Part shown: piece by piece, positions 1-9,500 of the stretch
Position numbering within the stretch: the first letter of the stretch is position 1
How the letters are laid out: each line of letters starts with the position of its first letter
Source of the DNA: an uncultured Chloroflexia bacterium
GTDB taxonomy: Bacteria; Chloroflexota; Limnocylindria; Limnocylindrales; CSP1-4
DNA length: 64,000 nt
Assembly (NCBI GenBank): GCA_963828165.1
Contig: CAWHDR010000001.1
Coordinates: forward strand, 1,216,001 to 1,280,000
Reading direction: 5' to 3'
The notes under the pieces: model-generated
The model's input: the letters and a program-made list of their open reading frames with translations, nothing else
Database searches by the model: none
Told to the model about the DNA's origin: nothing
Position numbers and translations under genes: made by a program

Positions 1-14
1 AGTGCAGGGTCGGC

Positions 15-43
15 TTGACACGAGCGCGCCGTTGCATCAACAT
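15..43 (+). promoter_or_regulatory. sigma70-type promoter of the arsR-pgsA-ino1 operon
   Basis: TTGACA at 15-20, 17-bp spacer, CAACAT at 38-43. Confidence 0.55.
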
Positions 44-69
44 CCGTTGATATCAACCGGCGTTGATGC
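34..69. promoter_or_regulatory. Double palindromic operator (ATCAAC-N4-GTTGAT x2), probable ArsR site
   Basis: ATCAAC atcc GTTGAT (36-51) immediately followed by ATCAAC cggc GTTGAT (52-67); overlaps the -10 element. Confidence 0.65.
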
Positions 70-129
70 GTCGTCCATGCGGAAACCTCATTCCGCGGAT
101 CGCACCCCGGCCTTGGAGATCCACCGCTC

Positions 130-477
130 TTGCCGACCCCCGCCCGTTTTCGGACCACGATCGCCTCGATCGTCGTGCAGCCCGACGACCTGCGCGAGCT
201 GCGCACCTTCCACAAAGCCCTTGCCGACGTGAATCGGCTGCGCATCGTCCGTCGGCTGGCGGAAGGCGAGTCCAGCGTGGCCGAGCTCATCGCGCACGTC
301 GGACTCAGCCAGCCCCTGGTCAGCCACCACCTCAAGCGGCTGCGCGTCGCCGGTCTCGTCGGGACACGCCGCGTCGGACGCGAGACGATCTGCACGCTGC
401 GCCCCGAGGCATTCGGCGAGGTCGCGGCGCGCGAACGAGCGATCCTGGGCATCGCGAGCCGGGCAGCCGCCGGATGA
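130..477 (+). CDS. ArsR/SmtB family transcriptional regulator
   Basis: [11 protein letters not shown]...[18 protein letters not shown] wHTH signature; start uncertain (TTG 130 or a downstream GTG). Confidence 0.9.
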   Translation: MPTPARFRTTIASIVVQPDDLRELRTFHKALADVNRLRIVRRLAEGESSVAELIAHVGLSQPLVSHHLKRLRVAGLVGTRRVGRETICTLRPEAFGEVAARERAILGIASRAAAG

Positions 478-1181
478 CCCTCTCGAACGAGTCCCGGGCC
501 CGGTTCAAGAACGTGTTCGTTCCCGTGGCGATGGCGATGGGCCGCGCCGGACTGACGCCCGATGCCCTGACCCTCGTCGGGTTCGGGATCACGGTGGTCG
601 GCGCCGTCTTGCTCGCCATGCAACTCTGGCTCGTCGGCGGGATCGTCGTCTTCGTCGGCGGCGTGTTCGACATGTTCGACGGCACGCTCGCCCGCGCCAC
701 CGGCAAGGTCAGCAAGCTCGGCGCATTCATGGACAGCGTGTGCGACAAGGCCGGCGAGATCGTCGTCTACCTGGGACTCGTCGTAGGCCTCCAGGCCGCG
801 GGCATCGTCGAAGGCCCATTTCTGGCAGCGGCGGCCATGGGCGCCGCCGTGATGGTCAGCTACACGCGGGCCAAGTCGGAAGGTCTCGGATTCACGAGCG
901 GCAGCGGCATGGGCGCCGTCGGGATCATGCCCCGCGAAGTTCGCCTGGTGATCCTCAGCCTGGGGATCGTCCTGGCCGGCTTCGGCACGGTAAACCTGGT
1001 CCCGCAACCCGGCGCCACCTGTATCGAGTCGTGCCTGCAGCCCGGCGGGATCGTCCTGCTCGGCGCCCTCGCGATCATTGCGATCGGCGGCCTCCTCACC
1101 ACCATCCAACGCATCCTCCACGTCCGAAGCCAGGCGAGGCAGCAGGCCTCCATCACGAACCCAACGGAGACGAACACGTGA
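474..1181 (+). CDS. pgsA: CDP-alcohol phosphatidyltransferase (PI/PIP synthase-like)
   Basis: [12 protein letters not shown]...GAFMDSVCD motif; ATG overlaps arsR stop (ATGA); adjacent to ino1. Confidence 0.85.
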   Translation: MTLSNESRARFKNVFVPVAMAMGRAGLTPDALTLVGFGITVVGAVLLAMQLWLVGGIVVFVGGVFDMFDGTLARATGKVSKLGAFMDSVCDKAGEIVVYLGLVVGLQAAGIVEGPFLAAAAMGAAVMVSYTRAKSEGLGFTSGSGMGAVGIMPREVRLVILSLGIVLAGFGTVNLVPQPGATCIESCLQPGGIVLLGALAIIAIGGLLTTIQRILHVRSQARQQASITNPTETNT

Positions 1182-2437
1182 GCAAGAACGGAACCAACGG
1201 CAACGGCAAGAACGGCTCCACGCCGTCCAACACCTGGGCGGGCGCTGGGCGCCGGGGCGACGGCAAGATCCGGGTCGCCATCGTCGGCGTCGGGAACTGC
1301 GCGAGCAGCCTCGTCCAGGGCCGCTACTACTACGAGAACGCGAACGCGGACGACTTCATCCCGGGCCTGATGCACGTCGATCTCGGCGGCTATCACGTCC
1401 GCGACATCGATTTCGTCGCGGCCTTCGACATCGACAAGAACAAGGTGGGCAAGGACCTCGCCGAGGCGATCTACACGAAGCCGAACAACACCTACACCTT
1501 CCACAAGGTCGGGCATACCGGCGTCACGGTCGAGCGCGGAATGGTCCACGACGGCCTCGGCAAGTACCTGTCCCAGATCATCGAGAAGGCGCCAGGCGAG
1601 ACCGCCGACATCGTCGGCATCCTCAAGGAGCGCGAAGTCGATGTGATGGTCTCCTACCTGCCGGTCGGCAGCGAAGAGGCGACGAAGTGGTACGCCGAGC
1701 AGGCGCTTGCCGCAGGCGTCGGGTTCGTCAACGCGATCCCGGTCTTCATCGGACGCGAGCCGTACTGGCAGCGGCGGTTCGCGCAGGCCGGGTTGCCCGT
1801 CATCGGCGACGACATCAAGAGCCAGGTCGGCGCCACGATCAGCCATCGCGTGCTGACTCGCCTGTTCATGGATCGCGGCGTCCGCCTGGACCGCACGTAC
1901 CAGCTCAACTTCGGCGGCAACACCGACTTCCTCAACATGCTGGAGCGCGAGCGTCTCGAGTCCAAGAAGATCTCGAAGACGAACGCGGTCACCTCGATGC
2001 TCGATTACGAGATGGACCCCGATAACGTCCATGTCGGGCCGAGCGACCACGTCCCGTGGCTCGAGGACCGCAAGTGGTGCTACATCCGGATGGAAGGCAC
2101 CACATTCGGCGACGTGCCGCTCAACGCGGAGCTGAAGCTCGAGGTCTGGGACAGCCCCAACAGCGCGGGCGTCATCACCGACGCCATCCGCTGCCTGAAG
2201 CTGGGCCTGGACCGCGGGCTCAAGGGCACGCTGGTGGCTCCGTCGTCGTACTTCATGAAGAGCCCGCCGCACCAGATCCACGACGACATCGCGTACAACC
2301 GGGTCGAGGCGTTCATCCGCGGCGACGACAACGAGACGCTGGTCGGGACCGAGAAGCCCGAGATGCGCAAGCTGCGCAAGCTCGCCGGGAGCCCGGCGAA
2401 GACCCCGGCCAAGGTCGCGACCACCGCGGGGCTGTGA
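1178..2437 (+). CDS. ino1: myo-inositol-1-phosphate synthase
   Basis: [48 protein letters not shown] motifs; GTGA overlap with upstream stop. Confidence 0.95.
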   Translation: MSKNGTNGNGKNGSTPSNTWAGAGRRGDGKIRVAIVGVGNCASSLVQGRYYYENANADDFIPGLMHVDLGGYHVRDIDFVAAFDIDKNKVGKDLAEAIYTKPNNTYTFHKVGHTGVTVERGMVHDGLGKYLSQIIEKAPGETADIVGILKEREVDVMVSYLPVGSEEATKWYAEQALAAGVGFVNAIPVFIGREPYWQRRFAQAGLPVIGDDIKSQVGATISHRVLTRLFMDRGVRLDRTYQLNFGGNTDFLNMLERERLESKKISKTNAVTSMLDYEMDPDNVHVGPSDHVPWLEDRKWCYIRMEGTTFGDVPLNAELKLEVWDSPNSAGVITDAIRCLKLGLDRGLKGTLVAPSSYFMKSPPHQIHDDIAYNRVEAFIRGDDNETLVGTEKPEMRKLRKLAGSPAKTPAKVATTAGL

Positions 2438-3483
2438 CCGCCACCGACGAGCGGCCACGGGCCGACGCAAGGGCCTCCGACCGCCGGCTGGAGGCCCCCC
2501 ACCGGCGCGGTGGCGCGAGCCCGCGCGTCCTGGAGCGCGCGGCGGTAGCCGGATATCGCGCGATCTCGTGGGTCCTGGCCACGGTCCCGCCGAAGCCGGC
2601 CGCGACCCTGATCGGGCGCGCCTCGCAGCTGTCCTACCTTGCCTGGCCGACCAAGCGGCGCTGGTCCAACCGCAACTTCGGGCACGTCCTGGGGCTGCCG
2701 CCGGACCACCGCAGGGTCCGATCGATGGCCCTGCGTGCGTATTACGGCTATGGCCGCTACCTCGTCGAGTTGATGCGCCTGCCCACGGACACGCCCGAGG
2801 AGCGGGCGGCGATGGTCCCGGACCTCGATGCGGTCGAGTTCAAGCGGCTGTGGCGCGAGGCGCCCAACGGGGGCGGCATGATCTTCGTGGTCGGACACGT
2901 CGGCAGCAACGATGCCGTGGCGGCCGCGATCGCCCGCCACGAGATGCCGATCAGCGTCGTGGCCGACGATTCGGCCTTCCCGGAACTCTTCGAGCTGCTG
3001 CGCAGCCAGCGCGAGGCCTGGGGCGTGCGCATCATCGGCTGGCGCAACCTGCGCGCGATCTTCGGCGTGCTCCGCCGGCGCGAGATGCTCGGTCTGCTCG
3101 TGGACTGGGGCTACCGCGCAGACGGGATCCCCGTGAAGCTGTTCGGGCAGTGGACGGCGTTGCCCGCAGGCCCGGCGACGCTGGCCGCGAAGACCGGCTC
3201 CCGCATCCTGCCCGTCAGCATCCGCCGCCGCCCCAACGGGACGTTCCTCGTGACATGGCCGGGTCCGATCGACCTCGTGTCGGGCGATCCGGCCGAGCTC
3301 CAGCGCGCGACCCAGTCGATCGCGGACGCGCTCGCCACCACGATCGCCGCCGCACCGGACCAGTGGTACAGCTTCAAGCCCATCTGGCCGGCCACACCCG
3401 AGGAGGCCGCCGACCTCGAGCGCCGCGCGACCCTGATGCAGGCAGGCATCGCCGATCCGGGACCGGCGCCGGAGTTCGCCTGA
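2434..3483 (+). CDS. Lysophospholipid/PIM acyltransferase (PatA/LpxL-like), copy 1
   Basis: GHVGSND (HX4D), [27 protein letters not shown]; GTGA coupling. Confidence 0.85.
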   Translation: MTATDERPRADARASDRRLEAPHRRGGASPRVLERAAVAGYRAISWVLATVPPKPAATLIGRASQLSYLAWPTKRRWSNRNFGHVLGLPPDHRRVRSMALRAYYGYGRYLVELMRLPTDTPEERAAMVPDLDAVEFKRLWREAPNGGGMIFVVGHVGSNDAVAAAIARHEMPISVVADDSAFPELFELLRSQREAWGVRIIGWRNLRAIFGVLRRREMLGLLVDWGYRADGIPVKLFGQWTALPAGPATLAAKTGSRILPVSIRRRPNGTFLVTWPGPIDLVSGDPAELQRATQSIADALATTIAAAPDQWYSFKPIWPATPEEAADLERRATLMQAGIADPGPAPEFA

Positions 3484-3485
3484 CC

Positions 3486-4490
3486 GTGCGAGCCGTCCGC
3501 AGCTGGATCAGCGTCCGGTTGTTGCTCATCGCATCCTGGCTGGCCTGCCGCCTGCCGGAGCGCTTGCTCGTCCCACTAGCGGAGCTCGCGGGCGACGTCT
3601 GGTATCGCACGACGCCCGATCGCGCGGCCCAGGCGCGGCGAAACCTGCGTCGCGTCGCCGAGGATCTGGCGCGTCGCGGCCGGGGCACGCCAGGCGTCCG
3701 GGCTGCTGCCACCGACCCGCGGGCCCTCGAGCGTCTCGTGCGGCTCGCCTACCGGCATGCGGCCCGCTACTACCTCGAGGTCGTCCGCACGCCGGGCCTG
3801 CGTCCGGGCGATGTCGATGAGCGGATGGACATCGAAACCCCGGACCTGGTCGCCGACGCGTTCACACCCGGACGCGCCGCGATCTTCGTCGGGCTGCACT
3901 TCGGGGCGATCGAGCTCCCGGCGATCCTGCTCGCATCGCGGGTCGGCGGGGCGGTCGCACCCATGGAGACCATCGACGATCGGCGCCTCCAGGACTGGTT
4001 CGTCCGGACGCGCGGCGCGGTCGGCGTCCGCATCGTCGGGCTGCGTGAGGCGCGCCGCGAGCTCCAGGCGGCGCTTCGGGCCGGGACGAGCGTCGGGCTC
4101 GTCGGGGACCGGGACCTGACCGGCGGCGGGGTGCTGACGGAACTGTTCGGAGCGCCGGCACAGCTGCCGCTGGGGCCCGCCATGCTCGGCGTGGAAAGCG
4201 GCGCGCCCTTGTTCGTGATGGGCGTTCGCCGGACGGGCATCGGCCGCTACAAGGGCCGGCTGGAACCCGTGCCGACACCGACCGACGGTAGCCGTCGCGA
4301 GCGCGTGACCACGACGATGGTCGGCATCGCGCGGGCATTCGAGCGTATCGTCGAGGACGCCCCCGAGCAGTGGTGGGCGGTATTCTTCCCGATCTGGCCG
4401 GACCTGGAGCGAGCCACGGCCACGGCCACCGCCGCGGCCGAAGCATCGGTGCCACCCGAGTCGTCATCGCAGAAGGCGCGCACGACATGA
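3486..4490 (+). CDS. Lysophospholipid/PIM acyltransferase (PatA/LpxL-like), copy 2
   Basis: LHFGAIE (HX4E), GDRDL, LFGAPAQLPLGPA, PEQWWAVFFPIW. Confidence 0.85.
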   Translation: MRAVRSWISVRLLLIASWLACRLPERLLVPLAELAGDVWYRTTPDRAAQARRNLRRVAEDLARRGRGTPGVRAAATDPRALERLVRLAYRHAARYYLEVVRTPGLRPGDVDERMDIETPDLVADAFTPGRAAIFVGLHFGAIELPAILLASRVGGAVAPMETIDDRRLQDWFVRTRGAVGVRIVGLREARRELQAALRAGTSVGLVGDRDLTGGGVLTELFGAPAQLPLGPAMLGVESGAPLFVMGVRRTGIGRYKGRLEPVPTPTDGSRRERVTTTMVGIARAFERIVEDAPEQWWAVFFPIWPDLERATATATAAAEASVPPESSSQKARTT

Positions 4491-5308
4491 CCGAGCCGCA
4501 GGCGACTGAGCGATACGGCCGAGCCGACCTCCACATCCACACGATCGCGTCGGACGGGATCGCCGACGTCGCGAGCATCCTCGACCATGTCGCCGCGCGC
4601 GGCGACCTGGACGTCATCGCCATCACCGACCACGAGCGCATCGACGCCGCCGTGGCCGCGCAGGCGATGGCCCGCGACCGAGGCGTCGCCATCGATGTCG
4701 TCGTCGGTGAGGAGGTCACGACCCTCGGCGGCCACCTGCTGGCCCTGTGGATCGATCGGCCGATCCGGCCCTACCGGTCGTTGCGGAACACGATCAAGGA
4801 GGTCCATGCCGCGGGCGGTCTGGCCATCCCGGCCCACCCGCTCGTGCCGTATCCGCTGTGCGCCCAGGGTCGGGTGCTGCGGAACCTCCTGGACGACGGC
4901 GACGAGACCGTGCGCCCGGATGGGCTCGAGACGTTCAATCCGACGGCGCTGGGCCGCCCGTGGCACGATCGCGTGGTGCGCTTCGCCGATGAACACGGCC
5001 TCGCCCGGGTGGGCAACAGCGATGCCCACGCCCTCGCTGCCATCGGGGCCGGCTGGACGACGTTCGAGGGCCGCAGCGGCGCGGAGCTTCGCCGGGCCAT
5101 CGAAGCACGTGAGACGGACCACCAGGGATCGTTCCACGATGCCGTGGGACAGGTCGGCGTGTTCGGGAAGCAACTGACGAAACGAGCGCGCGACGCCCGG
5201 GACGAGCTCGCTGGCCGCGTTCGCCGTGACGGGACCGGACGCGACCACGGCTACCCTGGCGGCCGTGCCAGGCCACCCAGGTACGACCCGGCGGACGAGC
5301 GGCGATGA
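4487..5308 (+). CDS. PHP-domain metal-dependent phosphoesterase
   Basis: ADLHIHTIASDG, AITDHE, GEEV, AHP, GNSDAH motifs. Confidence 0.9.
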   Translation: MTEPQATERYGRADLHIHTIASDGIADVASILDHVAARGDLDVIAITDHERIDAAVAAQAMARDRGVAIDVVVGEEVTTLGGHLLALWIDRPIRPYRSLRNTIKEVHAAGGLAIPAHPLVPYPLCAQGRVLRNLLDDGDETVRPDGLETFNPTALGRPWHDRVVRFADEHGLARVGNSDAHALAAIGAGWTTFEGRSGAELRRAIEARETDHQGSFHDAVGQVGVFGKQLTKRARDARDELAGRVRRDGTGRDHGYPGGRARPPRYDPADERR

Positions 5309-6564
5309 AGATCGGCCTGGTCTGCCCGTACATCTACCCGGCGCCCGGAGGGGTGGCGCAGCACGTGCGGTTCCTGTACGAGGGCCTGCGGCAGCGTGGA
5401 CATGACGTCCGGATCCTGACGGCGAGCCACGGGCCGCAGCGCTCGTCGGAGGGCGACATCATCCGCCTCGGCGTCGGGTTCTCCGTGCCGATCAACGCGT
5501 CCGTGGGCACGCTCACGTTCTCGCCCCGCTACCTCAGCCAGATCGGCGCGATGCTGGAGCGCGAGAAGTTCGACGTGCTCCACTTCCACGAGCCGTTCGT
5601 GCCGTTCCTGTCGCTCTTCCTGCTGCGCGAGTCGACCAGCGTGAATGTCGCCACGTTCCACGCCTACGCGGGCTTCTCGCCGTCGTACGAGTTCGGCAGT
5701 CGGGCGCTGCGCGGTCATGCCAAGCGCCTGCACGGCAGGATCGCGGTGAGCGCCGCTGCCCGCCACTTCATCGACCGCTTCTTCCCGGGCGACTACAAGG
5801 TCATCCCCAACGGCGTCGATATCGGCCGATTTGCGAATGCGGTCCCGATCGCGCGTTGGCAGGACGGCACGCCGAACGTGCTGTTCGTGGGACGCCACGA
5901 GCCGCGCAAGGGCCTCCTGGACCTGCTCAAGGCCCACCGGATCCTGCGCAAGACCGGGTCGGAGGCGAGGCTGCTCGTGGTCGGCCACGGGCCGCAGGAG
6001 CGCGAGGCGCGCCGCTACGTGGCGACCCGCGGTCTCCAGGGCGTGGAGTTTCTCGGCCGCGTGACGGACGACGCCAAGGCCCAGCTGTTCCGGACCGCGG
6101 ACGTCTACGCCTCGCCCGCCACCGGCGGCGAATCGTTCGGGATCGTCCTGCTCGAGGCGATGGCGGCCGGGACACCGATCGTGTGCTCGGACATCCACGG
6201 CTACAAGGGCGTGGTCCGCCGGGGCCGCGAGGGCCTGCTCGTGCCGCCGCGGGCGCCGCGCGAGCTCGCCGTGGCCATCGACAAGCTGCTCCGCGACCCG
6301 GGTCTGCGCGAGCAGATGGGCGCCGCCGGCCAGGCGCGTGCGGAAGAGTTCAGCTGGCCGCGGGTCACGGCCAAGGTCGAGGACTACTACGGCTTCGTGA
6401 TCCGCCGTCTGGCCACCGCCGGCGCGCTACCGGAAGGATTCCGCGCCGAGATCCCTCAGGCGCCCCCCTCGGTGCGGGCGAGGCCGTCCGCGCCGTCGCC
6501 CGACCCAGAGCCCGCCGCGGCCCTGGACTCCGCCAGCGCGAGCCGCCACACCGAGGCGGAGTAG
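5305..6564 (+). CDS. pimA: GT4 glycosyltransferase, PimA-like phosphatidylinositol alpha-mannosyltransferase
   Basis: MKIGLVCPY..PGGV, VLHFHEP, VATFH, EPRKG, GGESFGIVLLEAMAAG; in operon with pgsA and acyltransferases. Confidence 0.75.
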   Translation: MKIGLVCPYIYPAPGGVAQHVRFLYEGLRQRGHDVRILTASHGPQRSSEGDIIRLGVGFSVPINASVGTLTFSPRYLSQIGAMLEREKFDVLHFHEPFVPFLSLFLLRESTSVNVATFHAYAGFSPSYEFGSRALRGHAKRLHGRIAVSAAARHFIDRFFPGDYKVIPNGVDIGRFANAVPIARWQDGTPNVLFVGRHEPRKGLLDLLKAHRILRKTGSEARLLVVGHGPQEREARRYVATRGLQGVEFLGRVTDDAKAQLFRTADVYASPATGGESFGIVLLEAMAAGTPIVCSDIHGYKGVVRRGREGLLVPPRAPRELAVAIDKLLRDPGLREQMGAAGQARAEEFSWPRVTAKVEDYYGFVIRRLATAGALPEGFRAEIPQAPPSVRARPSAPSPDPEPAAALDSASASRHTEAE

Positions 6565-9500
6565 GCGACCACCAGGCAGGTCACCCCGATGGCGATCGTC
6601 AGGATCGCCAGGGTCCCGCTCAGCAGCGGCGTGTCGACGTTGCGCGCCACGTCGCTGACGGGGAACTGGAAGGCATACAGGTAGGTCGGCAACAGGCCCT
6701 GGTAGGCATTGACGATCGTCGACGGCAACGGCAGCGCCGCGATGTTCGGATAGAAGACCACGAACCAGCCGACCGCGGCGGCCAGCAGCCCGATGACATA
6801 CCGGCGTGCATCGCGGGCGGCGATCACCTGCGCGGCGAGGAAGACGAGGGGGATCGCGACGACCAGGGCGATCGGTTCGACCGGGATACCGTTGAGGGTC
6901 AGCAGCGTCACATCGGGGAGGAACGCCGTAGCGGCCATCCCGAACGCCACCGCGATCGCCGTGATGACCAGCCGCCGGATCCCGGTGTCCGCCGCGGGTC
7001 CCGTGGCCCGCGCGTCGTCCGTTTCGGCATCGTGCCGTTCGCGTCCGTCGCCGCCGCGTTCCAGCGCCAGAAACCCGCGGCCCAGGAGTACCGCCCCGAC
7101 CACGACGACCCCCAGCAAGCCGGCCGTGCGCAGGCTCAGGACGAGGTCGGGGATGACCGCCGGGCAGGCTTGCGACCCGGGGTTCGCCCGTTCGACACCG
7201 ACGAACCCGCACAGCGGCCGCGACAGGAGCCACAGGACGGCCGGCGCCACGATCGCGGCGGCCCCGGCCAGGCGGACGGCCAGCCACGTCCGCCGTGACG
7301 GCCCGTGCCAGAGCTCGGCGACGAGGTAGGCGAGCGCGAGGATCACGAACGGCAGCGCGGTGTAGTAGTGGTACTGGAATGCGGCCCGGTCGATCCGCGA
7401 CCAGGAGACCCACTGGGCGGCGAACGCGATGCCGATGAGCGCCAGCGCGAGGCTCCGGCGCCGGAACGCCATGACCGCCACGAAGCCGAGCGCCACGGTC
7501 CCGACCCACCAGATCACGAGGTTGCCGGCGTCGTAGATGGCGGCGCTCGTCGAACCGGCGAAGCCGTCCTGGTAGAACCACACCGGCTTGAGGTCGAACG
7601 GCCACGCCCACCACGGCGACGACGCCGGGTGGCCCGTCGCCAGGCCGCTGTGGTAGCCGTACATCGCCCCCGTCAGGTCGACGAGGCTCTGGCCGGTGTT
7701 CCCGGCCGGGAAGCCATCCCACAGCCGGTGGTTCTCGATGAACGCCCACGGCAGGTAGCTCACGACGTACACGCCGACCGGGATCAGAACGAGGCAGAGG
7801 GCGGCCCAGGCCATCGGCAGGCCCAGGAGCCATCCGGGCCGAAGCCAGCCGTGGGGAGCCGGCGCAGGAGGTTCCAGGGCACGCAGCGGGTCGTCGGCCG
7901 CTCGCGGTCCAGCCAAGGGCCCGTACCCGATCCCGCCCGCGAACCGGAAGGTCATGTAGACCACCAGCGAGCCGAGCGCGGCGATGATCGCGACGAGCAG
8001 CGGGGTGACCGCCACGGGCCCCACGGTCACGGGGATGTCAAGCCGTCGCAACGCCAGCGTGCCGAAGAAGAGCAGCGCTCCGAGCGCGGCGGGCGCGATG
8101 ACCGCGAATCGCATCTCGTCGTCGGTCCACGCGATCGGGTGGAACACGGCGGCGACGACCGCGATCAACGTCAGCCCGACCATCATCGCGAGGAACGGAA
8201 GATTGCCCAGGCCCTGGCCTTCTGGGACGCTGATCGCGAGGTAGCCGAGGACGCTGGTGATCGCGACCAGACCCAGGATCGCGACGACGCGGCCAAGGGC
8301 GCTGCGCACGAGCAGCAACAGCGCCATGGCGCCGATGGCGTACGCGGCGACCCACTTGGACGCCAGGGCGAGACCGAGCAACACGCCGATGACCGGCATC
8401 GCCACCCAGAACGCGCCGCGCCAGCGCCACCAGCCCGTCCAGACAGCCGCGAAGACGGTATAGGCGGCGACGATGAACAGCCCGACGTAGACGTCGTTCA
8501 TGCCGATCCGGGACTGCACGAAGAACATGCCATCGACCAGCGCGAACACGGCGACCAGGCCGGCGACGAGCCGCCGCGCGAACAGGATCCGGGCGAGCAG
8601 GTAGAGGCAGGCCGCCATCAGCGCGCCGGCGATGACGCCGGGCAGCCGCCACGCGAACGCGTGCGAACCGGTCTCGATGGTCGCCATCTGCCCGTCGGTT
8701 CCGAAGACGTGGAGCTCCTGACGGTCCTCGGCGGGGTAGTCGGCTTCCGCGTCGAGCGCCCAGGCCGCGGGCACCAGATCGGCCGGCAGTACGGCGTCGG
8801 CGAAGACCGCATTCGCGGCGGGATTGCCGTGTGGCTCGATGACATAGACCGTCCATCCGTCGGCTTCGCCACCGACCGCCCCATCGGGCTCGAACGCGCG
8901 CCCGAGGACATGGATCTGCTGCGTGGCGTCGTCGTACACCACGCGCGACCCCTCGCCCGGCAGCGGATGCCGCGCACCGACCTTGACCGGCCCGTTTTTC
9001 GCGCTGTCGCCACCGACCGCCACGACCTCGTAACCCGGGTCATCGGCGCCACCGGCGGTCACGTACAGCTTGGCGTCGTCGATACCGGTGACGTAGGCGA
9101 GCCCATGCGCCCCGCCCGGCATCCCGATCGTGCTCGAGACGTCGGCGGTGGCCGGGTCGATGAAGGTGATGCCGTCGGCATCGGCCACCGCCACGCGCGA
9201 CAGGTCGAGGACCTCGATGCCGGCCAGCCGGCCGTCGGCGATCGCCTCGTCGATCTCCGTCCGGGTCGCATCGTCGTCGCCCGGGCCGCCCAGGATGACC
9301 GTCGCGCCAGGGGCGGCGTCGGACAGGCGTGTCTCGTACTCGGCCGCATCGGTCTCGAGGATCTCGGCAAGCACGGCGGCGACCGCGGCCGGTTCATCGA
9401 TCGCGTCGGGCGTGGCGACCAGGGCCGGCCCGGACCCGGCCGTCGTCAGGCCGGCGATGCCGGGCAGGTCGAGCGTGCCGGTAATGTCACCCGTGGCAGT

